From: Nanobdellati archaeon
GTDB taxonomy: Archaea > Nanobdellota > Nanobdellia > Woesearchaeales > JAADFO01
DNA: 46,757 nucleotides
Direction: 5' to 3'
Assembly: GCA_013152815.1 (NCBI GenBank)
Contig: JAADFO010000063.1
Location: forward strand, 1-46,757
Of the stretch, positions 19,284-26,558 are shown one piece after another. The position numbers and the translations under genes were made by a program. Each line of letters opens with the position of its first letter. Position 1 is the stretch's first letter. The notes beneath the pieces are model-generated. The model saw only the letters and a list, made by a program, of their open reading frames with translations. It made no database searches and had not been told where the DNA came from.

Positions 19284-19625
19284 ATGGTCCAGAAAAAAGG
19301 AAAAACGGTGGCGAAAAAATCGGTGAAAAAGCCGATGAAGACATCAGCGAAGAAGAAGGTGAAAAAGGTAACCAAGAAGTCTGTGCAGCGGAAGGTCAAG
19401 AAGGTCAGCAAGGTTGCTCAGGCAAAGGCCAACGCACAGGTGAAGAAGGCCCAACAGCAGGCGAGGAAAGCCCTGGCGCAACTGAAAAGGCGATATGCGG
19501 TGGCTGAAAAGAAGGCAGCATCCCTTGTCAAGAAGAACCCCGAGAAGGCAGTGGCCGTGGCAGCGGCCGTCGGTGCGGCCATAGGGGCGGGAGTCATCTC
19601 AGCGCTCAGGAAGAGACGGCGCTGA
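19284..19625 (+). CDS. Lysine-rich tail-anchored protein resembling DUF883 (YqjD/ElaB/YgaM)
   Basis: C-terminus LVKKNPEKAVAVAAAVGAAIGAGVISALRKRRR matches the DUF883 (V.enP..a.giAagvG.l.G.ll.rr) pattern; GAGGTGA RBS. Confidence 0.65.
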   Translation: MVQKKGKTVAKKSVKKPMKTSAKKKVKKVTKKSVQRKVKKVSKVAQAKANAQVKKAQQQARKALAQLKRRYAVAEKKAASLVKKNPEKAVAVAAAVGAAIGAGVISALRKRRR

Positions 19626-19660
19626 TACTTTCTTTTCTCTTTTCTTCTTTTCTCATCTTC

Positions 19661-20137
19661 TCAGTATGTCCGGTGGTCTTCCCTTGCTGCCCAGTCCTTG
19701 AACTGCTTTGCGCATTCTTCCTTGAGGATCCCTCCCTCGATCTCCACCGGGCTGTTCCCTCTCTTCTTCATCTCTTCGTTGGAGATGGTGAGCTCTGAGA
19801 ATCCGGCATCCTTGGCATCCCGTATGCTTGCACCGAAGACTATCCTCCCGATGCCTGCCCAATGGATGGCAGAGAAGCACATGGGACAGGGTTCTGTCGT
19901 CGAATAGATGGTCGCGCCTTCCAGCTTGATGCTGCCGGTCTTCCTGCAGGCCTCCCTGATGGCGACGATCTCTCCATGGGCCGTGACATCGGTGTCTTTC
20001 CAGACCCTGTTGTGTTCACAGGAGATGACTTCGCCGTCCTTTCCGACGATGCAGGCCCCGAACGGTGTCTGGCCCTCCTCCATCCCTTCTGCCGATCTCG
20101 CGAGAGCCAGCCTCATGAATCTTTCATCGTCCATCAT
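19661..20137 (-). CDS. Zinc-dependent nucleobase/nucleoside deaminase (GuaD/TadA-like)
   Basis: PFGACIV, TAHGEIVAIR, EPCPMCFSAIHWA. Confidence 0.93.
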   Translation of the reverse strand: MMDDERFMRLALARSAEGMEEGQTPFGACIVGKDGEVISCEHNRVWKDTDVTAHGEIVAIREACRKTGSIKLEGATIYSTTEPCPMCFSAIHWAGIGRIVFGASIRDAKDAGFSELTISNEEMKKRGNSPVEIEGGILKEECAKQFKDWAAREDHRTY

Positions 20138-20191
20138 ATCATCCCTCCTGCTCTCCTTTTCGTCCCCTCTGGTTCTTTGCTCTTCCTTTAT

Positions 20192-20893
20192 TCATCCCTG
20201 CTTCTCTTTTCTTTCTTTATCTTCTGTTCTCTTCATTGCTTCTCTTTCTTTCGGACGGGAAGGGTGCCTCTCTTTATAGAGGGCGTAAGAATCGGTGAAC
20301 GTATAGGCAACTATCCCCAGGACGGCGGCAGCCATGATCCACAGAGCCGCTCTCGGGAACAGCAGGCCGACCAGGATGATTGCCGCAGCCACCTTGAAGA
20401 GCTTCCCTGCCCGTCGGTGGGTGATGTTCCAGACCTCTTCATCTGCCAATGTCCATGGGGTCCTGATGCCTATGAGATAGTTCTGCTTCGCTTTCCCTAC
20501 CATGATGCCTATGATATAGAACAGGATGGCCAGTGCCGGGATCAGCATGGCTGTGACGTCCATGGTCAAACCTCTGTTCCAGACAAGAGAGATGCCATAG
20601 ACATAGAGCAGGAAGACAAAGAGGGCTGTCATGAACAGGTCATAGGATGGCTGGAAAGTCTTGATGTTCTTCTTCAGCGGGTCGATCCTCGGGATGGCCA
20701 GGTATGCAAGGAACAGCCCAACCAGGATGATCGGCAGAAGGAAGACTCCCCAGAACCTGCCCATGTGGCCGTCCACCTGGCCGGCGGCGTTCCAATGGGA
20801 AGCCATCTGCTCCGGCATCTGGGGATAATAATAGAGTGCAAGCAGGAACGAGACGATGATGATGCCCAGGAGGAACCAGGATGCTTTTCTCAT
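20192..20893 (-). CDS. SdpI/DUF1648-family membrane immunity-like protein
   Basis: PEQMASHWNAAGQVDG, NYLIGIRTPWTLADEEVWNITHR; ORF track starts at 20914. Confidence 0.9.
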   Translation of the reverse strand: MRKASWFLLGIIIVSFLLALYYYPQMPEQMASHWNAAGQVDGHMGRFWGVFLLPIILVGLFLAYLAIPRIDPLKKNIKTFQPSYDLFMTALFVFLLYVYGISLVWNRGLTMDVTAMLIPALAILFYIIGIMVGKAKQNYLIGIRTPWTLADEEVWNITHRRAGKLFKVAAAIILVGLLFPRAALWIMAAAVLGIVAYTFTDSYALYKERHPSRPKEREAMKRTEDKERKEKQG

Positions 20894-21043
20894 GCAGGAG
20901 AATAGCTGTTTCATCGTATAAATAGGTTATGCTAATGGTGCCTGTACTCGAATCTGACATAGGAGATGTAGGCATTCAGGAAAGTGACAGCCAGATGCAA
21001 CCAGGGATTGTCGGCAAGCCTAGTGATGCGCCTATCCTGTCGG

Positions 21044-21517
21044 TCAGGATATATGATGCCTCCTTATGTTTCCATGGACCCTGCGGTCCCCTTTTTCTTC
21101 TTCCCCTGCCTGTTCCCGTATCTTCTGGATGATGTTGCCGAACGTATCAGCCCGGGACTGCAGCTGGGACATGGCCATCCCTGTATTCTCCAGAAATGCT
21201 CTGAGATGCTCTTGCTCCTCTTCGAACTCTGCTCGTGTAAGGCCGTCGATGGCTCTCTTGAGGATGGCGAGGAAACCGCTGATGATGAATGAGTCAGAGT
21301 AACCGTTCAATGTGAGCTTTCCCTGCTTGTCCATGCGTATGTCCACATAGACCAGGGACAGGCAGCCCCTGACCTTGTTCTGCGGAGTTTTTCGCTCTTC
21401 AGGAAACAGAGGGAGATCTTTCGAGAATTCGACCACCTGCTCCAGCATCTCGCGCTGGGAAGGGCAGGCACGCAACTGTTCTTCGACATAGTCAAGGAAG
21501 CCGGACCGTCTGCTCAT
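21044..21517 (-). CDS. sufE: SufE-family sulfur acceptor
   Basis: NKVRGCLSLVY catalytic Cys, SDSFIISGFLAIL, QSRADTF. Confidence 0.85.
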   Translation of the reverse strand: MSRRSGFLDYVEEQLRACPSQREMLEQVVEFSKDLPLFPEERKTPQNKVRGCLSLVYVDIRMDKQGKLTLNGYSDSFIISGFLAILKRAIDGLTRAEFEEEQEHLRAFLENTGMAMSQLQSRADTFGNIIQKIREQAGEEEKGDRRVHGNIRRHHIS

Positions 21518-21711
21518 CGTACCTTGATGGCATATTCGCCTTTCTTCTTGATGTCCAGCTGCTTCGCTATGAATGAGATCTCTGGTTCGAGAATGGTTAT
21601 GCGACCGTTCCAGTTGGTGGTGAACTCGCCTTTCGGAAGCCCCTTTTCCTTGATGACATTCTCAGGGAGGATCTCTTTGGTCCTTTTGTTCGCAAGTTTC
21701 CTTGCCATCAT
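21514..21711 (-). CDS. spt4: Transcription elongation factor Spt4 (RpoE2), lacking zinc-binding cysteines
   Basis: TTNWNGRITILEPEISFIAKQLDIKKKGEYAIKVR matches the Spt4 C-terminal consensus; no Cys in the protein. Confidence 0.85.
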   Translation of the reverse strand: MMARKLANKRTKEILPENVIKEKGLPKGEFTTNWNGRITILEPEISFIAKQLDIKKKGEYAIKVR

Positions 21712-21905
21712 TCATCCCCTTTCTTCTTGAATTCTGTGTAGCCCGAGGCTCCGCAGGTCTGCCTGTTCTTGTGGTCGGCCATGAAGCTGCCGGGTCCTTT
21801 CTTCGGGCTCCACGGGTTCTTCCGGACAAGGGTGTCCCCCTTGACCTCATAGAGCTGCCAGACGCCCTTTTTAGGCTTGTCTTTCTTGGGTTGTTCTTTC
21901 GCCAT
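21708..21905 (-). CDS. rps27ae: 30S ribosomal protein eS31 (S27ae), degenerate zinc ribbon
   Basis: YEVKGDTLVRKNPWSPKKGPGSFMADHKNRQTCGASGYTEF aligns with eS31 consensus CP.CG.G.FMA.H.DR..CG.CGYTE. Confidence 0.9.
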   Translation of the reverse strand: MAKEQPKKDKPKKGVWQLYEVKGDTLVRKNPWSPKKGPGSFMADHKNRQTCGASGYTEFKKKGDE

Positions 21906-21997
21906 TTGTTAAATCACCCTGTTGGTCGACCTTCAGAGATGGTCGGCTCTTTATAAAGGTTTAGGTAATCTATGCAGGCTCCTCTCAAGAAATCTTC

Positions 21998-23071
21998 TCA
22001 GCCCTGGCCGGTGATGATGGTGCCTGAGACCGTAGCGCTGCTCTCTGTCCCATCCAATCCGCTGAGGTCGAGGGCCGGGTTGGTGTCCTGGTCACAGACC
22101 TCCTGGCCGTTCTCACGGTAGGGGCTTCTGGGGCTGGTCGAGGTGTCAGCTTCGGTCGTGGTCTCATGATATCGCTTGCTGCTGAACTTGCGCTCGTAGA
22201 CCTGGACGCAGACATTGACCTGTCCGTTGCTGTCGAGGATGACCGGATATCCTTCCGGCGTCTGAGCAATCGTCGTTCCCCGGACGCAGGAACCCAGGAG
22301 GCCAGATGCACTGCTGTAAGCATATCCCTCAAGCTCTCCGTCTCCGTCGGTATCGACAGCGATCCAGGTCCCGGGACCATAGGTGCTGTCAATGGCATCG
22401 GTGCGGAAGGAACAGGCTCCTGGGACATAGACGCTCGTCCAGCTGAAGCTCACGACGCCCGAGGTCCCCTCGTTGCCCAGTTCATCTTCACAGATGACCT
22501 CCAGTCGGTAGGCTCCATCTGCCAGGGACGGTGAGGCAGGGTCATACCCCTGATCGACCATGGGCAGCGGCTCGATGACTGCCGGGTTCCTGAACGGATA
22601 GCTCTCACCGTCCGAGATGAGCGCGCCGGTCGTGTCATCATAGAACCTGCAGGACAGGGTGTCGGCGTCATTGTCGGTTGCCGAGATGCTGAAGAGCGGA
22701 TAGCTCTGGGCGAGCTTGATGGCCGTATCTTCGATGAGCGGCACATAGGATGTTCCGTCCCAGTAGCTGATGAGCAGGACGGGCTTTGTCTGGTCGATGA
22801 CCGGCGTTGTCTGGTCGACAGGAGCAGGTGCCGTGTCGGTCACATTCCCGATGCAGACATTGTCGATACAGGCCTGGTCCACCGGACAGAGCGGGTTCGC
22901 CCATTGGCAACCTTCCGGCATATCGCCGAAGAGATGCTCTATGATGGCATTGACCCGTGTCAGAAGTATCTCGAGAAGGCGGTCATCTTGGAGCTCCTGG
23001 GCTTTGACCGCCTGATTGACGCCAATCAATAGGATGATGACAACAGTCAGTAGTACTAACAGCTTTTTCAA
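21998..23071 (-). CDS. Secreted acidic surface protein (Cys motif, Ig-like domain, DxDxDG motif)
   Basis: TTG start with GAGGGGGG RBS, signal peptide, CQWANPLCPVDQACIDNVC, LADGAYRLEVICEDELGN, DTDGDGELE. Confidence 0.75.
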   Translation of the reverse strand: MKKLLVLLTVVIILLIGVNQAVKAQELQDDRLLEILLTRVNAIIEHLFGDMPEGCQWANPLCPVDQACIDNVCIGNVTDTAPAPVDQTTPVIDQTKPVLLISYWDGTSYVPLIEDTAIKLAQSYPLFSISATDNDADTLSCRFYDDTTGALISDGESYPFRNPAVIEPLPMVDQGYDPASPSLADGAYRLEVICEDELGNEGTSGVVSFSWTSVYVPGACSFRTDAIDSTYGPGTWIAVDTDGDGELEGYAYSSASGLLGSCVRGTTIAQTPEGYPVILDSNGQVNVCVQVYERKFSSKRYHETTTEADTSTSPRSPYRENGQEVCDQDTNPALDLSGLDGTESSATVSGTIITGQG

Positions 23072-23163
23072 AATAATCCCCCCTCAATGAAACTACGTCA
23101 CTGGTAAGCGAGAAAAATACTTAAAGATAGATGGTACCACTTTTTTCCGTGATTTCTGCAGTG

Positions 23164-23183
23164 CTTCCTTTCGAAGAAGGAAG
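23164..23183 (-). terminator. Hairpin just downstream of the HEPN gene
   Basis: CTTCCTT-N6-AAGGAAG inverted repeat 10 nt after the stop codon. Confidence 0.4.
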
Positions 23184-23192
23184 TGGTGAAAA

Positions 23193-23627
23193 TCATGGTT
23201 TATTCTGGATCAGTTGCTTGACCTCTTTGATGTATGCTTCACAGATATGAGCAAGCTCTTCCAAGTCTTCACCGATGGTTATCTGTTCAGTGGCATACTG
23301 TGCAGTATGTCGAATGGACATTATTGTTTCAAATGCATCGAGAAATATCTCTTTCAGTTTAGGAACAGTCTCAAGAAATCTTGCTATGCAATAATGGCTT
23401 CTTTCCCTGATGCCTTCCTTCCAGAGAACTGCTCTGGAACAATGAAAGAACGCATTGTATAGTGCAATCGCTCCCATCACTTTTTTGTCAGGTAATAGAT
23501 CTTCTGCTTCAGATAAGAAAAATCCTGCTTGTCTCAGATCTTTTACTGCCAAATCCTTTTGAGGGGTTTCCTTCTTGAGCAATCCTTTTCTAAAACAATC
23601 AGCCAATCTTGTCGAAGGTTCCATCAT
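23193..23627 (-). CDS. HEPN-domain protein (putative toxin)
   Basis: LYNAFFHCSRAVL, ERSHYC, IRHTAQY (Rx4Y-type HEPN motif); overlaps the MNT gene. Confidence 0.88.
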   Translation of the reverse strand: MMEPSTRLADCFRKGLLKKETPQKDLAVKDLRQAGFFLSEAEDLLPDKKVMGAIALYNAFFHCSRAVLWKEGIRERSHYCIARFLETVPKLKEIFLDAFETIMSIRHTAQYATEQITIGEDLEELAHICEAYIKEVKQLIQNKP

Positions 23628-24156
23628 TCAGGACAATGAGTTCCTTTGCTAATCTGCTATAAAATTCGTCATCTCTTGTTTTTAGCTGCGCTACTTTCTT
23701 TTTGTTCAGAAGCAACGAGTTGACGGGAAGCCCTATTTCTTTCGAGAGCGCTCTTATCATTCCCCTTACTTCAATGTCTTTTTTATCTGTCCATATCATC
23801 AGATCGATATCGCTGTTTGCATCGTCTGTGCCTTTTGCATAGCTTCCGTATATCCCGACGGTCCCTATCTTTGCAAGCCTTGCGTATGTTCTTGATCTGA
23901 CTATCCTGTGGGTGTTTGAAAGTGACATTATCTTACAGTAGAACTGGCTGTTATAGTTTGGCTTCAAAATGATTCGATTTTTCCGTTTGGTGACGTTGAC
24001 TATTCCATATTTCTCGAAAATTTTTGTTGCTTGGGTTATCTTTCCCGGAGAACATCCAATCTTCTCGGAAATCTCTCTGATTGATAAGTCCTCTGTCTTG
24101 ATGATGTTCAGAATCTCTAGATTCTTCTCGCTCATAAGACTGCTTAACTCATTCAT
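23599..24156 (-). CDS. HTH-fused minimal nucleotidyltransferase (MNT antitoxin-like)
   Basis: LSIREISEKIGCSPGKI HTH; GIYGSYAKGTDDANSDIDL GS..DxD motif; start uncertain (24156 or 24189). Confidence 0.9.
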   Translation of the reverse strand: MNELSSLMSEKNLEILNIIKTEDLSIREISEKIGCSPGKITQATKIFEKYGIVNVTKRKNRIILKPNYNSQFYCKIMSLSNTHRIVRSRTYARLAKIGTVGIYGSYAKGTDDANSDIDLMIWTDKKDIEVRGMIRALSKEIGLPVNSLLLNKKKVAQLKTRDDEFYSRLAKELIVLNDGTFDKIG

Positions 24157-24169
24157 ATTCCTGAGAAAG

Positions 24170-24209
24170 TGTTCATTATATTTAAACATTCTGTTCATTC
24201 TAAATGAAC
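24170..24209. promoter_or_regulatory. Tandem palindromic operators upstream of the HTH-MNT gene
   Basis: Perfect GTTCATT-cta-AATGAAC (24193-24209) and degenerate GTTCATT-ata-TTTAAAC (24171-24187). Confidence 0.6.
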
Positions 24210-24262
24210 GACTGGGGAGAATTGAACTCCCCATCCACAATAACAAGTGCCATCAAGTAAAC

Positions 24263-24880
24263 TTAGGAAAGGACAATGGTTCTATTTTTTTTTGGGGTGC
24301 AGGTGACCAATGCCGAACAATCAAACCTATGCCAACCTTGCGATATTTCTTCTACCCGATCTTCTGCATATTCGAACTCGCACATCTGTAAACATGCCTT
24401 GGTCTCGTTCCTTACAGCTACACATCTGTTGTTTTGGCATTCATGCATCCAACCCAGACGGCTGGGGACAGAACAATACAAGCCGCAAGTGAACATTGGA
24501 CAGTCACTCCTACTGTGATACTTGTTTCTCAGAATCGGCGAGCAACTGCACCCACACGAAGAATCAGTTATGCAATCACTTGCCTGCTTGCAATAGCTCT
24601 TATCCTTAACGAATCCAGGAATAAAGAGGATTCTGACGATGTTGATCACCGGCGGATTGTAGGGTATCCCGAAGCATTTGCTGAGCTTGTAGGTGTTTCT
24701 TGGGTTATCTTCATAGTTAACCATCTTCGATGATTTGATACCTAAACAGGCAGAATAGTATGTTAATGGTTCCCCACCGGGGTCTGGTCCAGAGGAGTAG
24801 TCTGGGTTCATGATCTTCGGGAATAAAAAAATCAGAAGAAGTATTGATCCAATAATAATCCATAATTTCAGGAGTTTCAT
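24263..24880 (-). CDS. Cysteine-rich membrane-anchored hypothetical protein (AT-rich)
   Basis: N-terminal TM; YCKQASDCITDSSCGCSC, CECQNNRC-like disulfide motifs; TATA-like TTTAAATA upstream. Confidence 0.7.
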   Translation of the reverse strand: MKLLKLWIIIGSILLLIFLFPKIMNPDYSSGPDPGGEPLTYYSACLGIKSSKMVNYEDNPRNTYKLSKCFGIPYNPPVINIVRILFIPGFVKDKSYCKQASDCITDSSCGCSCSPILRNKYHSRSDCPMFTCGLYCSVPSRLGWMHECQNNRCVAVRNETKACLQMCEFEYAEDRVEEISQGWHRFDCSALVTCTPKKNRTIVLS

Positions 24881-24966
24881 TAATACTCCCTATAGAATAA
24901 GAATATTTAAAGGTTTGCTAGCAAGAGTAGAAGCAATACCACCGACGTAAAGCCTCCGATGGGAAT

Positions 24967-25150
24967 CCACGCCAGACCCGTTCGCAACCCTTTGAGGGTT
25001 GCTGCACTCTTTCGTACTCAGCAAGCAAAGCTTGCTGGCACCGAAGGATTCTGGAGCCCGAAGGGGGTATTCTCAGCAATCTCTAGATTGCTGGGATACC
25101 AAAAACGCTCCGTTCTTGTGGATCGCTTTCGCTCGAGCCCACAAGACAGG
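24967..25150 (-). ncRNA. Candidate structured RNA or palindromic element directly downstream of tRNA-Thr
   Basis: At least five hairpins in ~180 nt with cUUCGg and GAAA tetraloops on the minus strand; no convincing ORF. Confidence 0.4.
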
Positions 25151-25153
25151 CAA

Positions 25154-25242
25154 AGCCCTCGGTGAGAATTGAACTCACGACCTGCTGCTTTCTGTCCGTT
25201 GAGGATACGAGGCAGCCGCTCTAGCCGCTGAGCTACGAGGGC
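25154..25242 (-). tRNA. tRNA-Thr(CGT) with a 16-nt intron at canonical position 37/38 (intron 25190-25205)
   Basis: Minus strand GCCCTCG-TA-GCTCAGCGGCTAGAGC-G-GCTGC-CT-CGT-A-[TCCTCAACGGACAGAA]-A-GCAGC-AGGTC-GTGAG-TTCAATT-CTCAC-CGAGGGC-T; all stems pair; CCA not encoded. Confidence 0.95.
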
Positions 25243-25278
25243 AGGGTGTGATGGGGCTCAGATGCCCTTTAAAAAAGT

Positions 25279-25941
25279 TTACCTCCTTTGGCCGAAGATA
25301 GCAGTGCCAAGCCGCACCATCGTGCTCCCTTCTTCGATGGCCACCTCGAAATCGTTGCTCATGCCCATCGAAAGGGACTTCACCCCAAGCCTTTCCTGCA
25401 ACCGTCTCATCTCCTTGAAGTGCGGCCGTGTCTCCTCTGCAGGAACGAGCGGCGCGACGGTCATAAGACCTTCCACCCTGATGTTGCGGAAGGTGAGGAG
25501 TTTGCGATGGAACCCTTCTGCCTTCTCAGGTTCGATTCCGTGCTTGCTCTCTTCCCCTCCTATGTTGACCTCGATAAAGACGGGCATGATCTTTTCGGCT
25601 GCATAGGCGCGTTTGTCTATCTCCTTGGCGACCTTCAGGGTCTCCACCGATTGGAGGACGTCGAAATAGTCGACCGCAGATCTTACCTTGTTGGTCTGGA
25701 GATTGCCGATGAAGTGACGTTCAATGCCCCTGAGGTCCAGGCGGTCGAACTTGTCCATGGCTTCCTGGAGCCGATTCTCGCCGATGGCAGTGATGCCCGA
25801 GGCAAGAGCCTCCTGGATCCTGGCAATCTCGACGGTCTTCGTGACGGAGATAAGCTTGACCCCTGAGGGGTCCCTTCCGCTCCTGGCGCAGGCCTCTGCT
25901 ATCCGTCGTCTCACGTCTGCGATGTTCCCTGCGATGCTCAT
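25279..25941 (-). CDS. yggS: PLP homeostasis protein YggS/PLPBP
   Basis: LISVTKT, GENRLQE, HFIGNLQTNK, EESKHG, LSMGMSNDFEVAIEEGSTMVRLGTAIFG; ATGA overlap with lrp. Confidence 0.95.
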   Translation of the reverse strand: MSIAGNIADVRRRIAEACARSGRDPSGVKLISVTKTVEIARIQEALASGITAIGENRLQEAMDKFDRLDLRGIERHFIGNLQTNKVRSAVDYFDVLQSVETLKVAKEIDKRAYAAEKIMPVFIEVNIGGEESKHGIEPEKAEGFHRKLLTFRNIRVEGLMTVAPLVPAEETRPHFKEMRRLQERLGVKSLSMGMSNDFEVAIEEGSTMVRLGTAIFGQRR

Positions 25942-26414
25942 GCTATCCCCATCCATCTTTCCTTGAGGGTGGAGAGCACCAGCTTGGTCTCGGTCCGCTG
26001 GACAAAGCTGTCCTTCTGGATGCGCTTGAGGAACGCGTCCATGCTCTTCCGGTTCTTGAACCGTCCGATGATGGTGGCGTCGAAATGGCCTGTGTTGTCG
26101 TAGACAGCGATGACGTTGGGATTGCTCGCTATCTTCTTCTCCACCAGATGGAGGTTGCCTTTCGCTATCTGTATCTCGATGATGACCGTGATGTCATAGC
26201 CGAGCCGGTCATAGTCCACCATCGTCGTATACCCCTTGATGACCTTTTCCTTCTCCAGCTGTTTGATGCGGTTCATCACCGTGGCAGGGCTCTTCATGGT
26301 CTTCCGGGCGATCTCCCGATAGCTCTGCCGAGGATCCCGGATCAGCTGGTTGAGGATGGCCCGGTCGGTCTCATCGACGCTAACCAGGGCTTCCATTTGT
26401 TTAGTTTCCGCCAT
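25938..26414 (-). CDS. Lrp/AsnC-family transcriptional regulator
   Basis: DETDRAILNQLIRDPRQSYREIAR...RIKQLEKEKVIKGY, VYDNTGHFD RAM domain. Confidence 0.95.
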   Translation of the reverse strand: MAETKQMEALVSVDETDRAILNQLIRDPRQSYREIARKTMKSPATVMNRIKQLEKEKVIKGYTTMVDYDRLGYDITVIIEIQIAKGNLHLVEKKIASNPNVIAVYDNTGHFDATIIGRFKNRKSMDAFLKRIQKDSFVQRTETKLVLSTLKERWMGIA

Positions 26415-26420
26415 GATATG

Positions 26421-26435
26421 GTTTGAAAATCAAAC
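26421..26435. promoter_or_regulatory. Putative Lrp operator between divergent lrp and glnA
   Basis: Perfect 15-bp inverted repeat GTTTGA-AAA-TCAAAC just upstream of the lrp start. Confidence 0.55.
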
Positions 26436-26558
26436 ATCTATTTAAATTTTTCTTGATAATCACTCAGATGTTCAGAATTCCTTGGAAAAATTATATAAGC
26501 GACCCTCCTTCTCACGCCCCCTATCGGACCCATGGTTCGGGCCCTATGAGGTGAAGGA

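Noticed and set aside
24205..24260. Second complete tRNA at the T-arm-like hairpin
   Set aside because: Only the T-arm is present, with no D-arm, anticodon arm or paired acceptor stem; reported as a remnant instead
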